64,000 nt of DNA from positions 7,378,001 to 7,442,000 of the forward strand of contig NW_026262582.1 in NCBI RefSeq assembly GCF_021869535.1. The letters run 5' to 3'. This document shows, in pieces, positions 37,231-50,160 of the stretch. Source of the DNA: Mytilus californianus (lineage: Eukaryota). Below the pieces are notes generated by a model that had not been told where the DNA came from, searched no databases, and saw only the letters and a list, made by a program, of their open reading frames with translations. A program made the position numbers and the translations under genes. Each line of letters starts with the position of its first letter. The stretch's first letter is position 1.

Positions 37231-39734
37231 TAACCCGACTACTCCTGAAAGTATCATTAGTCTTCTTCACCTTTGAGGCGCATTGCTGCACTTATGGTAG
37301 AGCTATACAGCTGGTCGCTGTCTGGTTTTTTTTTCAAGTTCGATAATTACTTTATCTCCTATCAACTTATGAAGTACTACGCTTATTCTAAAGCTCTTAT
37401 TTATAAATCATCTTTTACGAGACAATTTGGTTAACCTTGTTTGCCCAAAAAATAAATATTCTACACATAATCATATAAGGACAAAAGTGGTTACCTTGTT
37501 CGCAAAGACTTCCCTTCTTGTGCATTTAATCAAAAAAAAAAATGTGGAATCCTTGAAATCATGTTTTTCATATCGCAATAAAGTTTCAAAAGGCCGTTCA
37601 GGTCAAACTTTCTTCTTTTACACTCTGATATAGCATTTGATCCTTATTTGGATTCCATTGAACAAAAAAACAACTCTAACCTCCGATAAGTCTTGCATAT
37701 CTTCATCCAAATTCGCCCCTTGCTTTGACATGTGATGATCTCAAATAGAGTAGGAACTCCAGTCATGCGTCAAAACATTTTCGAGTGTCGTCAAATGAGT
37801 TTTTTCAAGATAACAGTTGAAAGGGCAAGACACGCCTTGAAGAACGGGAGTATTGGGGCCATTTATTTCAAAGAATTACCTACAGTTGAAAACTTATGTT
37901 TGACCTGTAGCTGTTGTTTTTGTTTTATTTGTGTTGTTGTCTTATTGACGTATCCCTCTTATATCACAGTAGATTAAAAACACATAGACCATTTACATCG
38001 TAGATTTTCGTTGAAAAATATGGCATCATTCTGTAGAAAGTCAAGTGTTACAGAAGTATAATTTATTGATACAAAAAAAAATGAATGGAAAAGTCATCGA
38101 TAATAAAAAGTAGCTTTTTAAAAACTCATAAGCAGTTAAAAAAATACATAAAGAAGGCATGTAAATGTTCAAAAGCTAAAGGGAAAAAAGAAATTAAGAA
38201 ATTGTGTTGTGTAGTATTATAGCTGTTTGCATAAAAAAGAAGTAAAATATCCATTCAAACCTAATCGTTTATTTTTGTTTCGTTTTCTTCTATTTGTTAG
38301 CTGTACAAAAACACAACACCAATAGCTGTAAAAATATAGTTTTCACCAACATAAGTCTGCGTTATGCTGCGTTGTCCAGATAACATCACTTTTAACGACT
38401 GAAACTGACGAAAATTGGAAAATCTCAAAATGTGTAAAGATTCGTCTCAACATATTTTTTATGTATACAGAAAATAAATGACTGTAAGCGTATGATGCAA
38501 CATTTAGCATAAAGTCTTTTTACAAGCAACATCAGAAAACTCATATAGTACATCTAATTTACAAATGCACATCGGTAAAACAAAATTGAAACAATTCTTA
38601 TTTTGGAAGGCCTACATGGATTACCAACGAATTTATAAGTTTTTGAATCGTCTCAATGACTGTTGTAGTTATCTCCCTTTATATGTCAATTTACTTCTCG
38701 GTTTGATTATTTAACGGATTTTTACGGATTGGGTTATTATTGTTTTCTTAACGTCCAGTGACAAATATTTCATGCTTATTCCAAACAAGATCAAATTAAA
38801 CAGAACATCATATCAGTCCGTTTTCAAGGAGAAGGGCGAGAAAGTAAAACTGACACACAAACGTCATTTGCAAAGTAAAACCATTTTCATTATCAAAGCT
38901 TCATGCGTATACGTGCACGTAGTTATGTTGATTTTTTTAGCATGAAACTAAATTAGAAATACTTATAGATGCATCAAACTTCAATTACGAATGATTTTAA
39001 CAAAACAAATTTTCAGTGTTTACAAAAAGTTGAATGTATCAAAATGGATTTCAATAGCAATGTTAGGGATGAGCAATATTAATTTTAATGAATGTATGTG
39101 AAAATATTTAGGGGAGGGTTGACCACTCACAATGATGTTTAATCCCTCCATTTTCTGTTTGGTGCTACATGACAAGCCAGGAACGTGTAGTCCAGTTATT
39201 GTCGTGTGTTGCTGTTTGTCCTTGTTGTTTTAGCATAAAGCAGGCCTTTCATTTTCTATTTTTAATTGTTTCACGTCATTTTCCCCGGGCCTTTTATAGC
39301 TTTCTATACAGTACGAAGGCCAAACAGTGACCTGTATTTCTTCACAATGGTTCGTGCTTATCCTCTAAACTTTGAAGTTAAGAGATAACTTTGAAATCAA
39401 GAAATAGATACTTTAGATTTAATTAGTAAATTTGGCTGTACCTGCAGAAAACTTATTAAAAACGATATATCTTAAACGATAATTGTGCTGATGTGAACAC
39501 GAGGTGCACTGCTGGACATATATAAATAATAAAAAAAAAAAAAAAAGTACTCATGAGTATTTTTAATGTATTTTTGTTATTGATGCTATTTTCATTTGTC
39601 TATTATAATATCAGTCACATTATATACTGTACAATGTCTCATGTTTGTTGCTTATATTATCATAATTGCTAATTGTAAATGCCCCCTGTGGAACCCTGAT
39701 TGGAATAATAAAATATTTGATTTGATTTGGTATT

Positions 39735-39950
39735 TCACATCCTAAATCTCAAGGTAATATTGTACTTAAAGCGTGGAAATCATTATGTGATCCATGTAAA
39801 CTCATCGAACCTTTAAACAAACTTATTAGTAAAGATTATCTTACCAATGTTGTAATTAGATCTTTGAATATAGTTTACATTGGCACAAATATCGATTTTG
39901 TCATCAGCAAATTAAAACATAACTAAATTTGTATTCTTTTCAAACGGTTA
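39735..39950 (+). mobile_element. C-terminal coding end of a Penelope-like (Naiad-type) element
   Basis: SHPKSQGNIVLKAWKSLCDPCKLIEPLNKLISKDY...YIGTNIDFVISKLKHN* aligns with the 25260-25450 translation (SHTNLYVDVGYKARKFRYDPC*LIDLLNKLILKGY...GTNVDFVFEKLKP*). Confidence 0.65.
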
Positions 39951-40864
39951 AATTGTTGTTGGCTTTAAACTAGCTTTCAGTTACTGCGAGTACTTTCAAA
40001 TCGTACTTTCGTGTTAATTTGACCTGTTGATACAATTTGTAATGTATTTTTGTTATTTAATGTTTACTTATTCAGTGTTATATCTAGTCTCACTATTTTT
40101 AATATATATCACCTTTGATAAGTGTTTAGTATGACGATAAATTTCACTTTTGTTCTCGTACTAGGAACAACAAAATTATTTATTTTGTAAAAATTATTTC
40201 CATACTCCATGTATACCTTACAACATTTTTTTTATTTACCCGTGTACGTTATTCTATTTGGCGGCAATTGTCCAAGGTTATGGTTGTCTTTCTGTATTTA
40301 CATTGTGTCATAGATCAAATTTATATTCGTTCAGTGTATGTTCACTTGTTTTTGTTAATATGTCTTTTGATTGAGTTAAGCCATTTTAATTGATATTTTA
40401 TAGTGTGTCTTTCCATGTTGTGATGTTACACTATTGTTTCAGGAAGGGGGAAGGTTGGCGCCTATTAAAACGTTTAAACCTGCTGCATTTGTTTGTACCT
40501 GTCCTAAGTCAGGAACCTGACGTTCATAATGTGGTTGTCGTTTGTTGATGTGGTTCGTAAGTGTTTCTCGTTTCTCGTTTTATATAGATTAGACCGCTGG
40601 TTTTCCTGTTTGGATGGGTTTACACTAGTCATTTTGGGGCCCTTTATAGCTTGCTGTTCGGTGTGAGCCAAGGCTCCGTGTTGAAGGCCGTACTTTGACC
40701 TATAATGGTTTACTTCTACAAATTGTGACTTGGATGGAGAGTTGTCTCATGGGCACTCATACCACATCTTCTTATATCTATTTAATCCGATAGAGTTTGG
40801 AAACAGTACACATGTATTTGTTCTTATGTCGCGTTGTTGCATCATTGTCCTAGGTTAGGGTTTT

Positions 40865-40895
<31 letters not shown>

Positions 40896-41180
40896 AAAGC
40901 AATCACAAACATCTTTATCAAGTAACCTGTTACAAGTCAACAGCCTGTAATACAGCGGTTTTCGTTGGTTACTGTCTTTCATATTTGTCTTTAATTTCGT
41001 TAAAATCTTCTTCTTTTCTTTCGTTTGAAGTGATTCATATTTAGCATTATGTCAGGGTCTTTCATAGCTTACGTATATATATGGTTTTTGCTCAATGTTG
41101 AAGGCCGTGTGATGACCTCTACGTTATTTGGTCTCTTGCGAGTAGTTGTTTCATTGGCAATCTTACCACAAATCCATATT
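39950..41180 (+). repeat. Family A repeat copies
   Basis: ggctttaaactagctttcagttactgcgagtact after the PLE end; cctaagtcaggaacctg...gttgaaggccgtac...gagagttgtctcatgggcactcataccacatcttctt (to ~40780). A second diverged copy spans ~40900-41180. Confidence 0.7.
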
Positions 41181-43000
41181 TTATATATCATTTGAAATGC
41201 ATATCTGATATTTTCAAAACTGACATAAATTATAATCATAATTTATTAGAAAATATGTACATAATAATAAAATTACAGGTGTTAAAATTGAAATTTTATT
41301 TCGTCAAATTATGACGATGAAACTGGATCCCTGTATCATTATTACCGACAGAACCTTAAACAAAATGAGGACAGAAAGGAAATACAAATTGCATTCAATA
41401 AATTATATATACATTGTAAATTATAAAAATTTACATATTATGAAAGTTAATGGGTAAAGTTACCTTAATAAATTTTATGAAAATTTGCATTTTTGATATT
41501 AAGCGCATAAGTATTGCTTCCATAAATAATTACTGTCTTTTTTCCTTTGAACACCAAAACCATTCGATATCAAGATTATGCTAAATCAAACACGTATTAA
41601 GTTAGTATAGGAGTATAAAAGAAAATGATAGAATGTTTTCATACTTTGTCAAAATGTATAGAATATATTGTGATATGTGAAAAAATATAATAAAAATGAT
41701 AGTTCACCGAGCTTGTTTCCAAGCTGCAATTTGTGAAAAAATAACACCCTTTTAATCGATTATACAGAAGAAAGGTATCATTATGCGAATAAAATGTACT
41801 AAATGATAAAATTTAGAAATAAAATAAGAAAAGATAGCTCATTAAAATTCATGCAAACTAATTCTGCCATTGTAAAACTATTGATTATTACAAGATAGAA
41901 TCACATAAATTTGTTAATTTCAATGAAAATTCTTATTAGTAAATTACATTGCTGCATCGATATTTGCTGACTTGATTGAAAATCCAGACCTGTTGTGTTC
42001 TGCCATTTTACGATCGAAGCTGGCGAAAGACTCCCATGTCACCTTAATACAACATTTTAATAATTATTGAGGAAAATGACAATTCTTAGTCTTGGAAACC
42101 ATGGTTTAGTTATTAGTTGAAATTGGATCTAGCTTTGACTGAGAAACTGCAAGTTCTCTTTGATCGGTACTGTGTGCATACCTTTCTCTTTTTGTTGTTT
42201 GGTTCTGTGCTCATAACAGTCTGATAGTTGAGTTCCTTCCAACTGATTCTTTAAGTTGTTCTTATGACGTGTTATTAGAGGAGCTATCGAGTTTAGCGCT
42301 CACAAACAAATGTAAACCCGTTACATTTTTTATGTGTCTGTCCCAAACCAGTAGCCTATAATCCAGTGGCTGCCGTTAATTTCAATAATTGTTTTCTGTT
42401 AATTGTTGTAGCATACATCAGGCCGTTGTTTTTCTCATTTGATTTGTTTTATATATTTTCAACCGAAGCATCATTTGGCGTCCGCCAATTAAGCTTGTCG
42501 TCAATCGTCCATCCATTGTCGTAAAATTTAAATAAAATCTTCTCTGAAACTACTTGACCAAATGTTATCCAAACTTTACGTGTATGTTACTTAGGGAATT
42601 AAGTGTATACAATGTATCCGGGAATACATCAACAAACATGGCCGCTGTCGCCTGAAATAAAAAAAAAAACAGTTATCACAGGTTTAAAATAATCAGCAGG
42701 TCAATGTCTATCAACTATGAAAATGCCCCTGAAATGTCATTTTGTTCGAAAATTTCGCATTGTACAATACATGTAGTAAAATTGATCAGAATAATAAGAT
42801 CTAAATTGAAAGTCAGCATGATCAAAATCGTCAATTGACCCCTTATAGGAGTAATTTGAAGAATAATATTTACGCATTTTTGTGATTTTTGCAGAAATAA
42901 TAAATAAACAAGTAGTTCTAAACACTTTTATTCAAACATTGCATCGGTCATCAATGGAGGCTTTACCGATTCATGTTCATGTTGCCAATGTATAATAGTT

Positions 43001-43220
43001 TCATACCAAAATCATAATTTGAAAGCTGAAATCATCTCTTTTGTCGTAAAGTTTTGTTTTCAACCGACCCTCATTGACAATTTCTAGATGTAAATGAAGA
43101 TAAGAGACAGAATTAACTTTAACTATATCCGTTGTATCCTTTATTTCAAGTTTGATGGAATAGATGCGTTCAATATAGTCACCAAACTGATTAAGAAATT
43201 GACATGTTAATTTGGGCTGC
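43001..43220 (-). mobile_element. Penelope-like RT fragment
   Basis: NQFGDYIERIYSIKLEIKDTTD...SYLHLHLEIVNEGRLKTKLYDKRDDFSF, the thumb-proximal motif shared with the 24570-25450 fragment. Confidence 0.75.
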
Positions 43221-43746
43221 CTGTGATTTCCCCTTTTCAACCAGTAAACAACAGATCCGTAATGCGGAAGAAAATTAACTAAATTTTTGTAAATTAATCG
43301 AAAAGCACAGCAATTAAAACTTTTTATCTTGTTGAACAAATAAAGTTCAAAGAATTTTCCCTGACAGATGAACACAATACCAACAGAATTAACTGCATAC
43401 GTTTAATATCAAGTTTGAATTACATGTAATTTTTAACTTCCGACAAATTTTAGAGGTTTTTTGTTTGAAACTGTATCATATTACATCTAAACGGCAATAC
43501 AGAAAGATTGATTGTGAAATGAAATAAAGAACGTCAAGTGAGTAGTCAAGCTTAACATGTTTTCTAAAAGAAAACCATTGTGTATGGATAAATAGATAAC
43601 TGTATCCGGAGTACAAAATTCCGGAAGTCAAAGTCATTTAAAATGAATAGAGTTACTTCCCCTAGTACCATAAGAATGATTGACTCATACAAGGTCGATC
43701 AAAATAAATACCCCACAAAATAATCTTTACCTAATCAGTAAGGATG

Positions 43747-43855
43747 CAGTGGCCGATCCAGGGGGGTGTTCTGGGGGTTGGAATCCCCCCTTTTTTGACG
43801 ATCAATGCTTTTGAATGGGGACATATGGTTGGAACCCCTTTAAAAATGGCTGGGA
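43747..43855. mobile_element. Degenerate MITE (CAGTGGCGGATCCAG family)
   Basis: cagtggccgatccagggggg...gatcaatgcttttgaatgggacata..gttggaacccc...aaaaatggctgg; matches 54276-54445. Confidence 0.7.
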
Positions 43856-43989
43856 TGTGCTTGTCTATTTTGATCAACGAAACCAAACTAGCATCTATAA
43901 TTTTTTACGCATCGCGTGGCTTGACAATATGCTTACCATAAGAGAGCCTAAGATCCTGTATCCACATCTAAGTTTAGCTCACAATTTAC

Positions 43990-46567
43990 ATTATCGCACC
44001 TCGAGTAAATAGTCACATTGTGATTGGTTTAACGCCGTCACGTGGTGACCCCCTATGGACCCGTAGGGGGTCAGTAGATTTCATAGGGGGTGTCATGGCG
44101 GCGATAGGAGATGACTGATGTGCCGCTTGGAATTTTCAGAACGGTATTTTAAACGCAATACCTTATCGATTCAAGTAATTATTTGGGAGTTGTCCCCCGT
44201 TGACCAGTATACAATATCAGTACTTTAATTGAAGTTATCTCCCGTTTCAAACAACATGTGACGTCATATTTTCGTCTGCAACAAAATGGAGAGATTCGGG
44301 ACGTCAACACGTCAGGACATTGACGATAAAAGACGGAACATTCACTCCGAAAAGACGCAAAAAAGTAACACCCTATCTGCAAAATTGTTCAGGGAATATC
44401 TTACTAGTAAAAATCATGAAGCTGACTTTGAAAGCTTTACAACACAACGTTTGGTTGAATCGTTATCTCATTTTTACCTTGATGCTAGAAAAACAGATGG
44501 TTCCATGTATAAATCCTCTTCCCTGGAATCCATTCGACATGGCTTGAATCGCCACCTTAAAGCACCTCCAAACAATAAGGACTTTGACATTATTAAAGAT
44601 GCAGCATTTCGATATGCAAACATGAGCTTTGACGCTGCAAGGGCCGAACTGAAACAAGCAGGAAAAGGAAACGTTGAACACTGTCCAATTATCCAGGAAT
44701 CTGACAGGGAGAAGCTGTACAAGTCAGTCTACTTTTCTACACAAACCCCCACAGGACTATTTAACAAAGTCCAGTATGATATAAGACTGTATTTTTGCCG
44801 ACGAGGTGCAGAAAATATGCATACAATGACCAAGTCAACTTTTGCTTTGAAAACAGACCCAAATACAGGAATGAGATACATCGAAAAGATTTTAGATGAA
44901 TTAACCAAAAAACATAGAGGAAATGATAAGGAGACAACAAGTGGAGTCATGCCAGAAGCTACAGGTACATTAGTTTATATATTTGATAATCATCAGGCTT
45001 GGTTAGTAATATGTCATTAATTACACCCCCCCCCTCCTCCCAAAAAAAATAATAAAAAACAACCCCAAAATATTGGGTAATTTAAAGTTAAAGAGTCCCA
45101 CCCCCGAAACAAACACAAAATGAAAATGTAACCTGATTATCCACAGACCATCTAATATCTTATTTGACGTGTCGTGAAGTGCAAAAGCATGGAATGGTTT
45201 GTATTTTTACTTTTCAATCATCAATGACTGCAGCACAAAAAAAAAGAAATGTCAAAATTTTCTACATATTTGTATACTTTAAAATGTTTTTTTTTTTTTT
45301 ACTATAACTATATCATATAGAATTTTGTATTCCAGGCTCAATGTATTGTCCAGTGGAATCCTTTATAAAGTATACAGACAAGCTGCACCCTGATTGTGAT
45401 ATGTAAGTGAATTTAACAATAAATAAAAGCTACAATCGTCAAACAACTTTAAACACAATCATAAGAACAAAAACCCCCAAAAAACATGAAAAAACATGGG
45501 TAAAAAAAAAAAAAAAAAACACAGCTGAAAAAATTCACCAAAAGTATATTAAAGAAGGTATGTGTCATAATTGTTCTAAATGTCGAGAAAAGCCAGATTT
45601 TTTTAAAGTTAATTCTTCATTTTATTCTTCATTTAAAAAAAATTTCAGATTGTGGCAGCGTCCAAGGGACTGCTTTGTTGATGACGACAACGAAATATGG
45701 TATTACAACGCACCTGTTGGGAAGAAAAAGCTGAAAACATTTATGAGTGACCTGAGTTTGTCATGTAAACTTAGCCAGAAATATACAAATCATTCCATAA
45801 GAGCAACGGGAGCTTCAATTTTGTCAAAAAATAAGTTTAATGATGCTCAGATAATGTCTGTTACCGGTCACAAATACGTACAATCTCTATCCGTTTATCA
45901 ACGGGTAGACACGCAAGAAAAGTTACAAATGGGACAAACTCTGGGAGTAACTATGGGAGCTGTGCCAGCCCAGATAGAGGCTTTACCAGCACCTCCTATT
46001 AGACCAGCACTACCAGCACCTCCTGTAAGACCAGCACTTACTGAAAATGGATCTATGGCACCTGTTCTTATTGAAGCAAATACTCCGCAGAATTTGCATT
46101 CCGATTTCGAAGGATTCGATTTGAACGCAATATTAGGGGACTTTGATTATAATGAATCATCCATTACTGTTAGCAACACAAGACAAGCTGCCGGTCCACA
46201 ATTATTTCACAAATGTAAAGTGACAATCATTCAAAATCTAACATTGAACAAATGACATTCATTCCGAATTGTATTTTCAAAAAAGAAAATGCTCTAAATA
46301 CTTGTTAGTAGTTGTGTTAATAAATTCCTATTGTTATTGTTATTATTTTTCATTGTTAAATTTTGATATTTTATACTAAACTTGGCAGAAAACGCTCTCT
46401 GTGCGATAAATTTGTTATACGGTTCGCTACTGACCCCCTACGGATCCATAGAGGGTTAGTAAAATCCATAGGGGACTCGGCCTACGGCCTCACCCCCTAT
46501 GGATTTACTAACCCTCTATGGATCCGTAGGGGGTCAGTAGCAAACCATATAACTTATAATAGCTATT
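43990..46567 (+). mobile_element. Crypton-type tyrosine-recombinase DNA transposon, apparently complete
   Basis: Contains a spliced YR gene. The 5' end ATTATCGCACCTCGAGTAAATAGT recurs at 54163; there is a small 5' hairpin (44046-44073) and a large 3' palindrome (46414-46553) ending ...AATAGCTATTT. No TIR or clear TSD. Boundaries are inferred from related copies. Confidence 0.8.
44286..46255 (+). CDS. Crypton tyrosine recombinase (DUF3504-type), 450 aa; exons 44286-44964, 45336-45402, 45649-46255
   Basis: GT-AG introns (phase 1, phase 2); 679+67+607 = 1353 nt = 451 codons with no internal stop. Catalytic-type residues: R in FCRRGAEN, K in ELTKKHR, H-x-x-R in NHSIRAT, H in TGHK, Y in SLSVYQ. 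Spliced junctions read ...EATG|SMYCPVESF...HPDCDI|LWQRP. Confidence 0.88.
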
Positions 46568-48089
46568 TGCATCTCAAATTCCACGTTACCTCTGTCATAG
46601 CGTTTCTCGAGAAATTTTGAGATCACACATTGCCTTCTTAAAATGCCTTGTAACAAAATACTTCAGGATACGTTTTCTACTTTTTCTAATTCTGCCTTTT
46701 ATCATTAACTACTATTTTCTTTTTCCAATTGACTGCGTTTACTTCCTTGTGCTTTCAGAAATATATAAATATTCTCTCTCAAAACAGCACAGACTGTTGT
46801 ATAGGATTCGATACTCTCTCCACTCCTTCCGATATTAACTGAGACGAATCCTTGTTAGTTTCATTTCCTCCGCTTAGTCATATGCTCATATTCAACGGGT
46901 ACTCTGGTCTGAAGTCGGAGAGAACAAGATAGCAGGCAATGTTGGCCGCCTTCACAGGAATGTATGTGAATAGAAAGAAAATATAATGTGCTTTCAGAAA
47001 TTACAAAGAAAAATTGGTGTTACCATACTCGTTACTTGCTTCATAACAAAATAGATAAACTTACTGTACATTCCCTTATAAAATAAATTGTCTATTTTAT
47101 TTCTCCTATTATACATTTAACATGGACTTAAAATTTGAAGTTCTGAAAGATTTTCTACTTTTGTTAAAATAAATGTTACCATAAGATACAAATGTTTATA
47201 TTTTTCATGTGCCATAGATGAGGGTCTTTCATTTCAGCATTCTTTAATTTTTTAGGCATCTTTTCTCTATTTTTAAATATTTTTTACCTATTATTCTCTA
47301 TTTAAGCACCTCATTATTCTCTTTTTTTTTTCTTTCTTATTTTTTTTGGTTCAATTAACTAGTACCGTTTTTATGAAAGTACTAAGCTAAATGTCAATAT
47401 TTATTCGGGTTCAATTCATTTGGCTGATAGAAAGGTTTAAAATAAAATAGTGTTAATAATCACGCACAAGTCTGGCATTGTTTTCACAGTTATATTATTT
47501 TTTTACAATGTAAATGATCCTAAAACAACTATTTTCTGAACAATGGAGTTCACTTAGTACAGTTTGTCTACGATTCTTTTGAAGTAGTGGAATCTTCAGA
47601 CGTTTCATGTTATTACCATAACAACGCGTGCTAATTTATCGTCTGCTAAAACGTCTGTCATTTTCAATCATTATGTTCAACTAATAACTGAAAAAAAACA
47701 ATGTTTTGACTTTAATGATATATTTAACCGAAAAACATAAACTCTTCACTCATTTTCTCGTGGAATGTAATGGTATTACCTCACAAATACATCCAACATA
47801 TTGAAGTAGAAACAGTGTAAATCTTGCCTAAATTATTATATACAATCTAGCCATTGTATATTTTTCAGATATTTATAAAAAAAAAAACAAGGAGATTGAG
47901 GTTTTCTCAAAATATATATTTTGTATCCAACAAGGACGTGATCACCTTTGATTTTATTTTGCTTAATAAATCAAAAGACGGATATCATGTACGACCAAAT
48001 GAAAAGAGGAAACCCACATTAAATGTCACCTATAATGCATAAAAGAATGAGAAACAAAAGCTTCACCTAAATGTAAAAGCAGAAATTAA

Positions 48090-48790
48090 CTCATGTGCTA
48101 CATTTCAAGGACAGCAGTGAACTTATGTGCTATAGTTCACGGACAGCAGTGAATTCATGTGCTACATTTCAAGGACAGCAGTAAACTCCTGTGCTACATT
48201 TCAATGACAGCAGTAAATTCATGTGCTACATTTCAAGGACAGCAGTAAACTCGTGTGCTACATTTCAAGGACAGAAGTGAACTCATGAGCTACATTTCAA
48301 GGACAGCAGTGAACTCATGAGCTACATTTCAAGGACAGCAGTGAACTCATGTGTTACATTTCAAGGACAGCAGTGAGCACATGTGTTTCATCCATGGACT
48401 GCAATAAACGCATGTGCTTCATCCAAGGGCAGCAGTAATCTAATGTGATACATTTCAAGAACATCAGTAAACTCGTGTGCTACATTTTATGGTCAGCAGT
48501 GAACTCATTTGCTACATTTCAAGGGCCCCAGTGAACATTGTGGTAATTTCAAGGACATTAGTGAACTCATGTGCTACATTTTATGGGCAGCAGTGAACTC
48601 ATTTGCTACATTTCAAGGGCCCCAGTGAACATTGTGGTCATTTCAAGGACATTAGTGAACTCATGTGCTACATTTCATGGGCAGCAGTGAACGTATTTGC
48701 TACATTGTAAGAACGACAGCAGTAAACTCATGTGCTAGTAACATTTCAAGAACAGCAGTGAAATCATTTTCTACAATCCAAGGGCAACAG
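48090..48790. repeat. 32-bp minisatellite, ~20+ diverged copies
   Basis: Consensus GCTACATTTCAAGGACAGCAGTGAACTCATGT; period 32 measured at 48261, 48293 and 48325. Confidence 0.92.
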
Positions 48791-48984
48791 TCTTAGTCCC
48801 CTAGAATAAGCCAATCTTTAAAGACTTTTTACGTTTTGGTGTCATAGACAAACACCCTCAATCTTTATTCATATCAAAAAGTGTGTTTTTCTCTAAACAT
48901 TACTGCATACCAAAACACTAGTTGCACATCTTAATCGACAATGTAAAAACGAAAGATAGCCTGATTTTTGCATAACCAAATCTA

Positions 48985-49245
48985 ACCGACTCGTTGTTTT
49001 CCGGAGGTCTAGGAGTTCGATCCACGACTGGGTCAAACCAAAGGCTTGAAAGTTGGTTGCTGCTGTTTCTCAGCTATGAACGCGATATTTATGAGCAAGA
49101 CTGTTTGGCTCGGAATAATATTTCCGGGTTAGTTGAAATGCCTCCCTTGCGAAGTGTTATCTTGCGAAATAACACATTAAAAAATGTCCATGTGTGTTAG
49201 TCCAGTACAAAGTATGGTTCATATTCATATCACATAGGATGTTCT
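48985..49245 (+). mobile_element. Old, diverged copy of the tRNA-derived SINE
   Basis: ggagttcgatcc...gggtcaaaccaaagg...gagcaagactgtttggctcggaataat...gtccagtacaaag, collinear with 22539-22897. Confidence 0.7.
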
Positions 49246-49254
49246 CGTTCTGAT

Positions 49255-49540
49255 ATATAGATATAAGAAGATGTGGTATGAGTGCCAATGAGACAACTCT
49301 CCATCCAAGTCAAAATTTATAAAAGTAAACCATTATAGGTCAAAGTACGGTCTTCAACACGGAGCCTTGGCTCACACCGAACAGCAAGCTATAGGCCCCT
49401 AAAATTACTAGTGTAAAACCATTCAAACGGGAAAACCAACGGTCTAATCTATATAAAAAACGAGAAAAGAGAAACACTTATGAACCACATCAACAAACGA
49501 CAACTACTGAACAACAGGTTCCTGACTTAGGACAGGATAT
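49255..49540 (-). repeat. Family A subfamily copy, inverted relative to 40500-40790
   Basis: Reverse complement is highly similar to 40500-40790 and to 53680-53820. Confidence 0.85.
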
Positions 49541-50160
49541 CCACGTTATGTTTGTCCCCATTCATTTAGCGCCATACAACTGGAACGACAACACATTGTA
49601 ATACGCTCCAAATAGTAACCTAATATTGAATCAATGCAGATAAATAATGTGATTGCCGCATTGTGTACATATCGAAGATCCAGTTCATAAATAGTTTATA
49701 TTCAGTGGTTATATTTAACATTTCGTACCATTTAAATAGTAACAATAATTATTGAAGTTGTGTCTGTCTAGGGGTCTTAAATTGATATCAGTCTGACACT
49801 CTGAACAATAAGAATAAATTTGCTTGGTTGTAAAATCCCGAACTATTGTAAAATACCTCTTTTTTATTAAATTGAGTGGAAGACGTAATTATAGCTTTCA
49901 GAATATCTGGTCAAGACATGATTTATTAGTTTTACGGGTTTATGTATTGTTAATCGGATAAAAATTTGCAGTACTAAAAAATGAAACATGTTTGGTTAAA
50001 CATAATTTATTTATGCTTTGAACTTGGAGTTCTCTTATATCGATGCTTTGTGTCTATTTTTTTTCTGTGTTTTTGTTTTTGTTTTTTAGTTTCCTACCGA
50101 TCATCTATTGGGTTTAGCCTAATTTTTACAGTTTGTTCTTATGTTGTACTGTTACACCAC

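Noticed and set aside
37680-37890. Exon-like minus-strand segment upstream of the NB-ARC gene
   Set aside because: Splice-like ends, but every frame has a stop; could be UTR, unsupported without transcripts.
45407-45648. Lys-rich N-terminus of the 282-aa ORF
   Set aside because: Intron 2 of the Crypton gene (GTAAGT at 45403, tttcag at 45648).
48090-48790. 32-bp periodic repeat as a possible CRISPR array
   Set aside because: Head-to-tail units with no unique spacers, no cas genes, eukaryotic context.
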